Origin: Cyanidioschyzon merolae
Lineage: Eukaryota
Length of the DNA: 64,000 bases
Assembly (NCBI GenBank): GCA_000091205.1
Contig: AP006485.2
Reading direction: 5' to 3' (one strand)
Shown: positions 42,885 to 53,238 of the stretch, piece by piece
Layout: every line of letters starts with the position of its first letter
Position numbering within the stretch: position 1 is the first letter of the stretch
Made by a program: the position numbers and the translations under genes
The notes under the pieces: generated by a model
What the model was told of the DNA's origin: nothing
Database searches by the model: none
What the model saw: only the letters and a program-made list of their open reading frames with translations

Positions 42885-45089
42885 TCCAAGTGATGTGCAG
42901 ACGCCCCCTCGTCTTTCTCGGCGGGCCATCTTCTACTGATTCCAAGTTTTTCTCATATAGTTCGACTTGGGAAGGTTGTCCAACAACGTTCCCTCCTGTG
43001 GACTCTGGAGGTCTTTTCTCCATTACCAATCATCTCCGTATATTGATTGCGGCGTTAAAGTCTCGGTTAAAAACCTCCATCCGTTTCTTGCGATTGGAAG
43101 TTGTACTCACTAATGCAAATAGCCCCTGCACTTTTGCCCTCCTTTCCATTTGCTCCTCCGTCAGCGGTCCGTACTTTGCTATATCCTCATGGCTCCTCTG
43201 GCACTTTTCCATCTCCACCCTCTGAAGTGTACACCCCAGCTCGTGGTGTGTATAGGACGTTCGGAACTCATCTATCGGTATTATAACAAAACGCCGTGCA
43301 CACTCCTTGCACGTTCTTGTCGTTGGAGCTGGTGTACACCCTTTTTGGGTCTTCCATCGCCCTGCTCCGTATGCCACTACCAGCCTCTGATTTTCATCCT
43401 CCTTCAGGGCACTCAACTGATTGAAAAAATTCGCGAGCGCCCGCTGCTTTCCACAATACAAATTCATTCGCAAACGAGCCCACCGGGGCTTTGCATACTC
43501 CTCGCACAGCGTATCTCAATGAGGAACGCGAACTTCCATGAATTTTCGAAAAGCTGCAAAGTCCGCTCCTCGGCTCGTCACCTCGCTCAAAGCTTCCAGG
43601 TGATCCTTCATTCCTACATTCCATGCAGCAATTTCCTTCCTTGCATTCATTGTTCCCGGTTCTCGATAGTATATTGCTCTCGAGAACCTCAAAAAAGACG
43701 CATGTCTTTCTGACGTAAGTTACCATCAGCACTATCTTCCGTACGCTTCGGTGCTGCGATGGTTATGATATTCGTATTCCCAGGGTCCGCGCCGACGACA
43801 AAGTCGTTATCCTGCACTTTCTGCGTGGCAAAATCCTCCTCCTTCTCATCTTCATGCATCGCCACGCCAACGACAAAGTCGTTAGCTTGCACCTCCTGCG
43901 TCGCAGCACCCGCCTCCTTCTCATCTTCATCGTTCGTCACGCCAAAGACAAGGTCGTTATCATGCACCTCCTGCGTCGCAGCATCCTCCTCTTTGTTTTC
44001 TTCATGCTTCGCCGCGTGAACGACAAGATCGTTATCCTCTACCTCCTGCATCGCTGGATCCGACTCCTTCTCATCTTCATGCTTCGTAACGGGCGAAGCC
44101 GAGGGCGGAACTGGACGATTTTTCTTCAAGCGCCGATATTGTACACACGTGGCTACTCCATCGGTTTCGATCATCCCAGTGAATACCTTTTGTTTGCTCA
44201 CTTCAGATGTTTGAAATCGAAGATATTCTTCCAGTACGTCTCACGATTTTCGCCGGAGAACTCCTCCTTGTTAGCATTGAACACCGGACTGATCTCCCTC
44301 ATGATGCCGTAAAGGATTCTGGAGTCCATACTCACAAAATGTGACTTGATGTTGCACATTGGAACCACGTTGAAGCGCTTCCCCACTAGGGCAGCCTTCC
44401 ATCTCTCCCACGCTTCATTTTTCCCCACTCAGCTTCACCTCTGCCTTGCGTTCGAGTTCACGGTCCAAAAACACGAAATACCGCAGGACGAGGCGATAGT
44501 ATCTTTCCTTATCTTCTCTCAACTCTGATATCTTGTCTGTTGGATTCGCTAACTCCAAGACTGCGCGGTGCTCTTGTATAGCCGCACGGATTACAGAAGC
44601 TTCATTTGTGCCCCTGCGTGACGCCTTCTCTCCGACGAATTCGATCTCATCTTCATGCTTGCGATCGTTCGTGATGCCGTTGATAATCGCCCATTTTCCG
44701 TTACGAGAGATGCCCGGGTACAGTGCAAACACGGCGCGTATCATGAAATGTTCGAGGTTCATTCTGAAATGGTTCTTCAGATTCGTCAGGTACTTCATCG
44801 CCCCATATGTGTAGATATCCGCGTCACCACTGTATCGGGTACCCTCGAGGAGGAATTCCGCGAAGTTTTCGTGGAGGACTTTCACCCGCTTATTTTCCCT
44901 CCGCGCTTCCTCTATGCCAAGCATCAAGTGACGAAAAAATGTGTTGTCGAAAAACTCGTCCGGAAGCTCGACCGTTTCCATGTTCGTCACGTAGCGATAC
45001 ATCTCCCTCACCAAATGCGTCGGTCCTGAAGAAGCCTTTATCATACTCATGGAGTACGACTCGAGACGGTTTTTGATGGCGTCCCGCAA
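42885..45089 (-). mobile_element. Near-full-length TnpB/Fanzor-like (OMEGA-type RNA-guided nuclease) transposon copy. The coding region is broken into 5 consecutive overlapping reading frames (pseudogene, or possibly short introns).
   Basis: Minus-strand ORFs 45089..44415, 44428..44198, 44201..43689, 43732..43394 and 43473..43030 are contiguous and overlap by a few to 80 bp. ORF-c ends with a RuvC-I-like VVGADPGNTNIITIAAP. The last ORF has the TnpB hallmark ...FVIIPIDEFRTSYTHHELGC...(degenerate Zn finger)...NRDFNAAINIRR* (RuvC-III DxNAAxNI). The 3' non-coding tail 42885..43027 is conserved with the two truncated copies. Confidence 0.65.
43791..44090. repeat. 75-bp tandem repeat x4 (encodes 25-aa acidic units) inside the Fanzor-like ORF, just N-terminal to the RuvC-I motif.
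   Basis: Units start at 43791, 43866, 43941 and 44016 (gcc(g/a)a(c/a)gacaa(a/g)gtcgtta...cttcatg...). Translated on minus strand as ..HEDEKEEDFATQKVQDNDFVVG.. x4. Confidence 0.9.
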
Positions 45090-45642
45090 CTTTTCCTTCT
45101 ACGGATCCTTGATATATTTAAGAACACAGGCTTTCACCACTATCTCGTTGTACAGTTGCCTTTCTTGCCGCCTTCGACGTAGAACCTCGCCCCCTTTTGA
45201 TTCCTCATCACTTCCTGTTCCTTTTCGCTCCGCCATGTTTATCCTTCTTTTCCGACGGCCGGCGATATCGGCCCTCCGGGATCCTCCACTTCCATTTCCA
45301 TGACTTTCCTTTTTTTATTTTTTTTGAAAACGAACGCTCTTTGAACGCTTCTGTTATATACTTCGAAAAAACACTTGAATATACTCAATTGAGGGTCGGA
45401 ATAGGATGGAACAAAAAACCTATACTTTGCTACGACCTCAACGCGAATACAACTTTTACAGTAGAATAGCACGCCAGTGATCAGGATCACTGTTCCCCTC
45501 AGGAGCGACCAGAGCGTCGTGTCTCGTGCCCGCCGGATCTGCCAGGTGCGCGTGCACGCGCAGCGGCTGACATGCGCCCCGCCGCCGATCAGGAGATTGC
45601 TTCTGGATATGTCTATCTCAAAGCGTGATAACCTGTTGCTGA

Positions 45643-47529
45643 ATGAACGCTCACCACAATGACTGGACTCCCGATAAAGTATTGGATACAGTGAGGGAAT
45701 ATGTAGACGCTGGAGCACTGTCGGAGTGTGCGGCACTGGACTTGCTGGAGCGTTTGCCGTTACCGCTGCTGGGCTGGACACTGGAGGAGTACGCGGTGCG
45801 GGCGTCGCTCGAGGCTTCAGACAGCGACGCGGTACCTTCTGACAACATATTTGATTCCATGCAGGTATTAACGAAAACAATGGAGAAACTGGTCAAGCTC
45901 TCTGCAACAAGTGCCCGAGTGCGTCACGTCGTACCTATAGAGCAGGTGCTCCAGCTCATCCACCTCGGTCTGAGCAGCCGGTACCCGCTGGTACGCACAG
46001 CTGCGCTCCGTCTGCTTTGTCTCCTTCTTGAACGGAATGACTTGCCTGAAGCGTTTTGTCAGCAAGTTGCAGACACTATTATCGAACGTTTTGAAAGTAC
46101 GAACGAGCTTCGTCCGGAGATAGAGGCCGCACAAGCGCCAGGTCCAGAAGTGAACGCTCCCAGCACAACTGCACAGCACGCCAGCGATATCCTGTCACTG
46201 GTGCTGCTGAGCTTCCGTGATGATCCATCCACCGAAGCTGCGGGAATTTGTGAAAAAATCCTGAAGAACCTGGTACAGCTGAAGCCGTTCCGCGGCGCAG
46301 TTGTGCTCTTCAGCGAAGCACGAGGCGCGCAAATCCTCGTACAGGAGATGCTCTCGGGTGCAGCGGGTGCGGTTGCGCATATCCGAGCCTTGAACTTGCT
46401 GCTTGAGATCTGCGACTACTCGTCTGTTGCAGAGATTGCCGCACGTCGGCTGTTGCCAACCGTGCTTGTAGCCAAAATCGCAGCTCCTGTTCGTTTGGAT
46501 GAGGACTTGCTACTCCGCTTGAACTTGCTGGATGTGCTTGGGGCTTTTATGCAACGCAGTGCAATAGCAGCCGAGTTGCTCGACCAAATTTCGGTATTCG
46601 ATGTGCTGCTACGCCAACACCTTGCCTATTTGTTGGCGCCAGACGAGCCTGCCTCGAGCGACTTGGCGGAACGCTGGTTTATTTGGATGTGTGGGATTCT
46701 GAGGTTCGTGCGCACCAGTGCCGGCTCCAGCCGTTGCGCCTTCCACGCTTGGATGAACGCCAGTCTCGTAGAGATTCTTGGGCGCTTTCTCTTGGTTCAC
46801 GTGGTAGATGGCGAGACTGAGACAGCACACTGGTCCGTACAACTTGATCAAGTTCGTCGGACGACGCTGCTGGTGCATCTGATCTCCGCGGTAGGCGCTC
46901 TGGGGCTCTGTGAACGCGGGATGGACGTGCTGCTTGCGGACGTTGACACCTTGAAACTAACGCTTCGTTTCATTCAAACGGCGAGCGTGTGCGATATTCG
47001 AGTGGCCTCCTTGCGCGCTTTGAGTGTGTTCCTGGCAGGTCTCGACGAGCCGCTTTCATCAGCAGCCGTCTCAGGGTACGGAGCCGCCGAATCCGACCTC
47101 GAATTTCGGCAGCAAAGGGTGCTGCATCTGTTCACTGATGCGATCAGGGATGCGGATCCCGTCAAGGCGTTCACGAATGCACTGCCCATTGTCCTGGACT
47201 GTGCACGGCATCCTTCGGAAGAAGAGCGGCTGGCTGCTGCGGCGGTATTCGCTGCGCTAAGTCTGTCGAGAATCGGAGTTGTCGCGTTGGCTAGTATGGC
47301 GGGCTTTGTGGAATGGCTCTGCGACCCGACGGACGCTTCTCTCGAGGTCCTGGAAGCTAAGATGCGCGTTGCACGACGCCTAGTTGAGCTGCACGCCAGT
47401 GACGGAGAAGTCGCATTCGGTGCGCTGAAATGGTCACGTATTGTCGCCGTGGTCTCGAATGGAAGCGATCCTCGAGCTGTGCGTCAGCGGCGCGTGCCTG
47501 CTGTAAACATTGCCACTCTGAATCGTTAG
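45643..47529 (+). CDS. Hypothetical ARM/HEAT-repeat-like protein (628 aa). Function unknown.
   Basis: Long uninterrupted ORF with Leu/Ala-rich helical-repeat character throughout. No diagnostic motif recognised. Confidence 0.45.
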   Translation: MNAHHNDWTPDKVLDTVREYVDAGALSECAALDLLERLPLPLLGWTLEEYAVRASLEASDSDAVPSDNIFDSMQVLTKTMEKLVKLSATSARVRHVVPIEQVLQLIHLGLSSRYPLVRTAALRLLCLLLERNDLPEAFCQQVADTIIERFESTNELRPEIEAAQAPGPEVNAPSTTAQHASDILSLVLLSFRDDPSTEAAGICEKILKNLVQLKPFRGAVVLFSEARGAQILVQEMLSGAAGAVAHIRALNLLLEICDYSSVAEIAARRLLPTVLVAKIAAPVRLDEDLLLRLNLLDVLGAFMQRSAIAAELLDQISVFDVLLRQHLAYLLAPDEPASSDLAERWFIWMCGILRFVRTSAGSSRCAFHAWMNASLVEILGRFLLVHVVDGETETAHWSVQLDQVRRTTLLVHLISAVGALGLCERGMDVLLADVDTLKLTLRFIQTASVCDIRVASLRALSVFLAGLDEPLSSAAVSGYGAAESDLEFRQQRVLHLFTDAIRDADPVKAFTNALPIVLDCARHPSEEERLAAAAVFAALSLSRIGVVALASMAGFVEWLCDPTDASLEVLEAKMRVARRLVELHASDGEVAFGALKWSRIVAVVSNGSDPRAVRQRRVPAVNIATLNR

Positions 47530-48229
47530 ACCAAGGGCAGCATCGGCGATCGACACAGCGCTCTGCACGTTGAGCGCGACTCGTGTGCTTGCCAATGACC
47601 GGGCTTGGAGTCGCAGGGGAACCTGCTCGTCAGCTATCAGGTGCCGTGGACCTGGTCGGGATCGGTAGCATCTGCAGTCGTGCGGTCCAAGCGTCAGACA
47701 GCACCGTGCTGACAACAAACGCCTACTTGGCGCGCTTGTACGACAGGACGCTGTGCAGAAGCATGTTTGGTGTCGTTTTCGACGATCTGAGGATCGATGC
47801 AAGGTGCGTCTTCGAGGAAGGCATGCTCGGACGGCAAAACTTGGGTACCAAGGGCACTTCGATGCCTGTTCGCATCGATCGCTGGTATGCTGCGTATCTG
47901 GTAGAGGCGAATACCGTACATAGAGGTATGCGCTGGTGCGTCCGTTCACCGTCTCGATCCGCTGCTGGTACGCGGCTGCGTTAGAATTTCGAGTACCCGA
48001 CGCTGTTACGACGTAAAGGCGCTTCGGTTGATAGTCTTTCAACTCAATTTTGTTTCATCGCGGCTACGGTATATAGGAGGAGGACGAAATCACTAGGTAA
48101 TGTTCTGTATAGATTGTGGAGGAATTGCATACGGCATATGTATTCTTCACTGAACAATGCAATGATGATTGCATTGCACCTCGATGTCAATCATACCACT
48201 ATACGCAGATGCTGAACGAGCACTGAAAG

Positions 48230-49395
48230 AAACAAGTATATGCGCTCCGGGCCGAAACCTGATATTCTCAAAGCCTGCCTGCAATCAGTGATAGAAAACG
48301 ACCAGTTGATCAATTTACGGGAAGCAAATGCGTCCATAGTAGCCACCACGGGCGTCTCTGTTTCGCAACAGCTTATTCGCGTGATCCTGAAAACACCGGG
48401 ATCCAATCGCAATAAAGTGCTAGTTCATTCACAGCCAGCTTCTACCGAAATCGCAGGCACGGTGTTCCTGGAACGTCGCGATCGGTATGAAGCACAGGAA
48501 CATCAGTTTGTTTTCTCACTCGATGAGACTTGCTTCAAACGAGACAATCGCAGCGTAGATGAATACTTGCTGAGCGGGAGCCCGTTGCTCGTACGCTCGA
48601 AATCGTAGAGAACGTCGACATCATCATCTGTTCTAGCTGCGGTGGATTCATTTGGCTGCCTCAGTTCCGCTGAAGAGAACACTCATGCAGCAGCGCCCTC
48701 TTTTTGTAGAGTCATTGAAGACTTGTCCCAGACGTCTGGTGAAGTCCTTCTATTGGACATAGTGGTATTTAGCCGTTCTGCTTCAGTTCGAGCATTTTTA
48801 GATTCTTTCGAGGGGTAGAGCTGGTTTCATTCCTTCTTCTCAACCATGGTTCATCCCCATAGAAGAAGAGTTTTGCGTCCTGAATCGTCACGATCGCTCC
48901 ACCGGGCGAATTGATGAAGCGTTCAGCACATGGTGACCAACCGGGGCACATTTGGTCTTTATTCCGCATGTGCTGCTCGATGCGGGAAGGTCGTCATCTC
49001 AGGCTATAAACAAATGCGTTCATTTTCGAAAAATCTAAGGGATGAGCTGGAATATACACCCTAGGATGTTGAGTTGGAGCGAGGCCAGTGGAGCGTTTCG
49101 TCGACAGATCAGCACGAAGAGCTAACAGAGCACCCAATGGCACAGCGTACACGGCTTCGTGGTCTCCTTGTATCGATTAGTTCAACCAGTGGCAACAAAC
49201 ACATGGAGTTCACGAACCGAGACTTTAACGCTGCGATCAGTACAAGACGGTGTGCGATGCTAAAGACGATACCCGATTGGCAGACGCGATCTAACTTTGT
49301 GGAGCAGCCTCTTAGGCATAAAATAAACAACGAGAAAATGAAACCGATCGCAGACAGCCGGTCTAAACAGACTGGAAGGCGTCTTCGAGTGGATT
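48230..49395 (+). mobile_element. Second internally deleted, decayed copy of the TnpB/Fanzor-like transposon.
   Basis: ORF 48240..48608 is homologous to ORF 11535..11795 (about 55% aa). ORF 49074..49442 has MEFTNRDFNAAISTRR (RuvC-III). The 3' tail 49252..49395 is conserved with the 12553..12700 and 42885..43027 tails. Confidence 0.6.
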
Positions 49396-49795
49396 TTCAT
49401 CTACGCTCCATGGTTTTGAGGCATTCCTTTTTGTCTCACTGACGATGAGCCTAATCGAGAAGGAAATCAAGGCCAGTATCTGATATCGAAACTTGTTGCT
49501 GCCCAACAGATAGATTTAGGGTTCGTTCTTCTGTATCAGAAAACCTAGAGTGCGGCATCCGCGTATTCTGTATCCAGATATACTCACCCGCGAATAGCTG
49601 CCGCACTGCCGTGGCATTCGGGCGATATCTGTCTTTCAGACAACATTCTCGCTTCCACGCAAAGCCCCTGACGCACAGGCCGCGGGCAGCACAACCAGTA
49701 CCTGCAGAGAACATCGTGCAACGCTCCCCAGCGTTTGAAATCTGTCGAGGTTGCCGTGCTCTCGCTCCGATGAAAGCTCCAAACGCATGCAAAGC

Positions 49796-51058
49796 TCACA
49801 CGGGCCATTGGTGTTCTATCTCCGTCCGATGGGCTGTCTCAAAATCCAAGTGCACAAAGCAACGCTCCACGTAAGGCAAACACTCAATGCGGGCCTGGAG
49901 CGACTCCCCAATGTCATGAGAAACAACCAGCGGCATCTGCGGATCCAGCACAATATCGATTTCGGCAAAGCATGCTGGACCCACGTGGTACAGACAAACA
50001 CGATCGATCGCTCGAATCCGCGAATCATGCCAAAGCGCTGCAAAAGTTACCACAGAGTGCAGCCTACAGGATGCCGAGCGCGACAAAAACTGATCCAGAT
50101 GTCGTGAGGTCAGCCGCCACCAGTTGCGTAGGATAAAAGCAGAGATGAGCATGCCACCGAGAGGGTCTGCGGGCGGCCACCACTGCGCCAGAGCAGCAGC
50201 GCTCAGGGCACCCATATTCGACAGACAGTCATTCCAGTGGTCCATAGCCAACGCTGCAACCGAGTCCTGCACAGATACACGACAGTAGAGGAAGAGCGCT
50301 GCCTTGCTCAACAGGGCCACACCGATCCAGATGAGCACTGGGCGGGTAAATGGGTGCACTGTTGATGACCGTTCCGAGCCGCTCACGTACAGCACCAGCG
50401 ACTCTATGGACTGCGTCAGTACATTCAAGGTCAGTGCGGTCATGAGAACGGCCATGAGGATCACACCCACCGACTCGAGCCGCGTCCTACCGACCGGGTA
50501 TCGATAGCGAGTGGTGCGATCGTGTCGGTGGTGGCGCACATACCACGTCAGACCGATAATGACACCAGAGAAAAAGTCGAGGACGGCATCCACGGTATTG
50601 GCCAACAGCGCGAGACTTTGCATGGACACGTAGGCATACGCCTGCCCAAGGAGAAGCAGCAGGTTCGCTCCGTTGGATGCAAGGATCGCGCGTCGAGCGT
50701 AGTCTTCGGTGTCGACTCCTTGGTGCTGCGACTTGTTCGGAGGCATCACCGCGGTCCCTGGACGCTCCTCGGTCGACGTGCAGCTCGTGTAGGAGACGCT
50801 GGGCGTTGGCTCCGCAGTCAGCAGGTGCTTCGCTTCCTCAGGCGCTTCTGTCGAGAGGTTTGGCGTTGATGCCGCTGGCCAGCAGCTCGCATCCGCCGGG
50901 GCTGTCGGCAAAGACACGTACTGATCGAGCAGTTCATTCTGACGCTCATAAAACTTCCGGAGCGCAGCGTTCTCCAGATGCGTTGCATCCGCTCGAAAAA
51001 AGGCGCGTCTCCACTGTAGCGCCAACTGGTGACCCTGCACTGCGCTCGGTACGTCCAT
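49796..51058 (-). CDS. Cation diffusion facilitator (CDF/MTP, Mn/Zn-type) metal efflux transporter.
   Basis: TM bundle with the CDF signature region ...NTVDAVLDFFSGVIIGLTWYVRHHRHDRTTRYRYPVGRTRLESVGVILMAVLMTALTL... (compare plant MTP8-11: DSLLDLLSGFILWFT...YPIGKKRMQPVGIIVFA), then a C-terminal cytosolic domain; 420 aa. Confidence 0.8.
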   Translation of the reverse strand: MDVPSAVQGHQLALQWRRAFFRADATHLENAALRKFYERQNELLDQYVSLPTAPADASCWPAASTPNLSTEAPEEAKHLLTAEPTPSVSYTSCTSTEERPGTAVMPPNKSQHQGVDTEDYARRAILASNGANLLLLLGQAYAYVSMQSLALLANTVDAVLDFFSGVIIGLTWYVRHHRHDRTTRYRYPVGRTRLESVGVILMAVLMTALTLNVLTQSIESLVLYVSGSERSSTVHPFTRPVLIWIGVALLSKAALFLYCRVSVQDSVAALAMDHWNDCLSNMGALSAAALAQWWPPADPLGGMLISAFILRNWWRLTSRHLDQFLSRSASCRLHSVVTFAALWHDSRIRAIDRVCLYHVGPACFAEIDIVLDPQMPLVVSHDIGESLQARIECLPYVERCFVHLDFETAHRTEIEHQWPV

Positions 51059-51930
51059 TCAGTGATTTTATGGTAGGCTGCCCGGATTTTGCAAGTGCAC
51101 AAGGAAGAAAACGCCTGGTTTTCTGGATGAAGCGCTTCCCTGGTGGTACCTACCCGCCAAGTATAACGCGCTTTCCCGGTGGAAATGGCACCCGGGTAGA
51201 GCGCGTAGCTCCCGATGCGTAGCTGACTTCTCTACTCGAGCGTAGAGCAGCTACAGGCCTTGTGCATTCGCTAGGCTTTCCACTTAGTGCCTCTTTGACA
51301 AGAAAGTAGTTCGACTCGGAAGCACGTCGCTCCTAGCGGGTGCAGCAGCGAAAAACGCTCTGCCCGCAACCCAGGTGACTAGTGCGCTGGACGACGAGGC
51401 GTCGGTGTTTCGCTTCAAGCGACACTAGAGCTGAGCTCAGCGTGGACGCGAACGAGTCTCGAGGTTCGCAGCTTCCATCGTCGTATAGCGGTCAGTTGTC
51501 TATCTGGTAGACTGTTGACACTTGCCGTCTGTGTAGGAGACAAGGAGTCTGTACCTGGGTTGCTCTTCGGGACGAAGCACCAGCACCTGCATCAACGTAG
51601 CCGCGCTTCGTCTCTGCAAACGAACGCTTTGCGGAAAGCGACGCGTTTAGCTAAAGCACAGGACTCGGGTGTTTTTGGAGACGCTGTTTGAAAATCCGAG
51701 AATAAGAGGCTCTGCGTTAGAAGCGGACTCTGTAGGGTGCATAGACGCTAGGGCAGCACGCTTGGGCTCTGGAAAGCACACGAGCGCGCAGCCGGAGCAA
51801 CAGCAGCTGCAACCGAACTCGAAACGCTCTACGCACACTCGAAGAAGCACTGATTCGGGTTTGTGCTGTTTTCGTGCAGCGCTGGATAGGGCTCGCGGCG
51901 GTACGACTCTCCCGCTTCCGGTGACCGGGC

Positions 51931-53238
51931 GTGAAGGCGGCGTCACAGCCAGGCAAAACCGTTGCAACTGACGCGATGCAGCACGTCAAGCGCGGGCAGC
52001 AGCAGCAGCAGCAGCAGCGAATCGTGCTCTCCAGAACTGCAATGAGTATGGCAAGGGCACCAGTGGTGCGTTCTTGGGGTGCGACAGGTCAAGTTTCTGA
52101 ACTATGGAGAGACGCGCTCCAGCGGGATAACCGACTATCTGGCCCGGTTATGAGGCTGCTGGGTGTACGGACTCAGGTTGCCAGCATTCTGTCGTTCGCG
52201 GCACCTGTCTTGCAGCCGAGCTCGATATCGGAGACCAGTTTCCCGCGTACTCTAGAAACATGCAGGACAAAGGCGATATGCTGGTTGAGCGTTCGGGCGG
52301 CTGCATGTACGGCATCGTCGTCGTTCGGCTCGAAACGCAAAAACATGATACAGCGGAACTGCGACCGCTCCGCACCGCTGTTGACTGTTGCAGCTGGATG
52401 GTCAATGCAGAGGAACGCCAAAATCATGTTTTTGGGTCCCAGGACGCCTTTCAGAAAGCTTACCACTGTCGGGGTGGTGCTACTCAAGGCCACCGCTCCG
52501 ACCGAGCAGAAAGAGACCCAACCGCTGTGGTATACAGGTGTTATTCGGAGGAATCGTCCAGAGGCTGAAGATCTCTTCCTTCTGGAGTGCGTTGTTCCCC
52601 AGGAAATCGTCACGAGTTATCACGTACCTGGTCAGTATGTGATGCTTCGACGCGATTCGATGCAAGCGAAACCGGGTTTCTTCTCGATAACCTCACCACC
52701 GCATCATCATCCTGACGCCGCAGACTGTATCGAACTGCTGGTGAAACAGGTAGATCGAACGCGTTGGCTATGCGCTTTAACGCCTGGATCATCGGTGGAG
52801 GTCACAGTGGCGCAGGGCTCGGGCTTCGCGCTCCGGTCTGATACCCGTGACGCTATCCGACATGTGCTGCTCTTCGCGACTGGAAGCGGTATTGCGCCAA
52901 TCCGAGCGGTATTGGAGGATGATCGCTTTTTGGCTCATATGGATTCCGTCAAGCTTTACTATGGATGCCGCAACCTGCACCGAATGGCCTACCAGGAACG
53001 CTTTGCACAATGGCAACAGGAGCGCGGTGTCCAGGTGGTTCCCGTCTTGAGTCAACCGGACACCTCCTGGACAGGCGAACGCGGTTACGTTCAGCACGCG
53101 TTAGAACGGGACGGTGTGCAGACGCCTCCTGAGCAAACACTCGTGTTTTTGTGCGGTCTCCCGGGAATGACGTCAGCAGTAGAAGCGTACCTCTTGAAGC
53201 AGGGCTTGAAGAAGCAACATATTCTCTATAACTTTTAA
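51931..53238 (+). CDS. FNR-like FAD/NAD(P)-binding oxidoreductase with a long (about 200 aa) N-terminal extension containing a polyQ tract. Start uncertain.
   Basis: FAD-binding RxYS-type motif GFFSITSPP, NAD(P) motif LLFATGSGIAPIRAVL, and C-terminal LCGLPGMTSAV. Resembles plastid pKIWI502-type reductases. Confidence 0.6.
   Translation: MKAASQPGKTVATDAMQHVKRGQQQQQQQRIVLSRTAMSMARAPVVRSWGATGQVSELWRDALQRDNRLSGPVMRLLGVRTQVASILSFAAPVLQPSSISETSFPRTLETCRTKAICWLSVRAAACTASSSFGSKRKNMIQRNCDRSAPLLTVAAGWSMQRNAKIMFLGPRTPFRKLTTVGVVLLKATAPTEQKETQPLWYTGVIRRNRPEAEDLFLLECVVPQEIVTSYHVPGQYVMLRRDSMQAKPGFFSITSPPHHHPDAADCIELLVKQVDRTRWLCALTPGSSVEVTVAQGSGFALRSDTRDAIRHVLLFATGSGIAPIRAVLEDDRFLAHMDSVKLYYGCRNLHRMAYQERFAQWQQERGVQVVPVLSQPDTSWTGERGYVQHALERDGVQTPPEQTLVFLCGLPGMTSAVEAYLLKQGLKKQHILYNF
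51997..52017. repeat. (CAG)7 microsatellite, in the N-terminal extension of the FNR-like ORF (encodes Q7).
   Basis: cagcagcagcagcagcagcag read directly. Confidence 0.9.

Noticed and set aside
45239-45880. 213-aa minus-strand ORF.
   Set aside because: Overlaps the start of the long 45643..47529 ORF. Pro/Ser-rich and random-looking.
48240-48608. The DETCF motif in the N-terminal Fanzor fragment as the first Asp of a Tc1/mariner DDE transposase.
   Set aside because: The same fragment family is colinear with the N-terminal region of the TnpB-like element at 45.1-44.2 kb, and the downstream motif is RuvC-III (DxNAAxNI), not a DDE third residue. The Tc1-like reading is not needed, though co-option with another transposase cannot be fully excluded.
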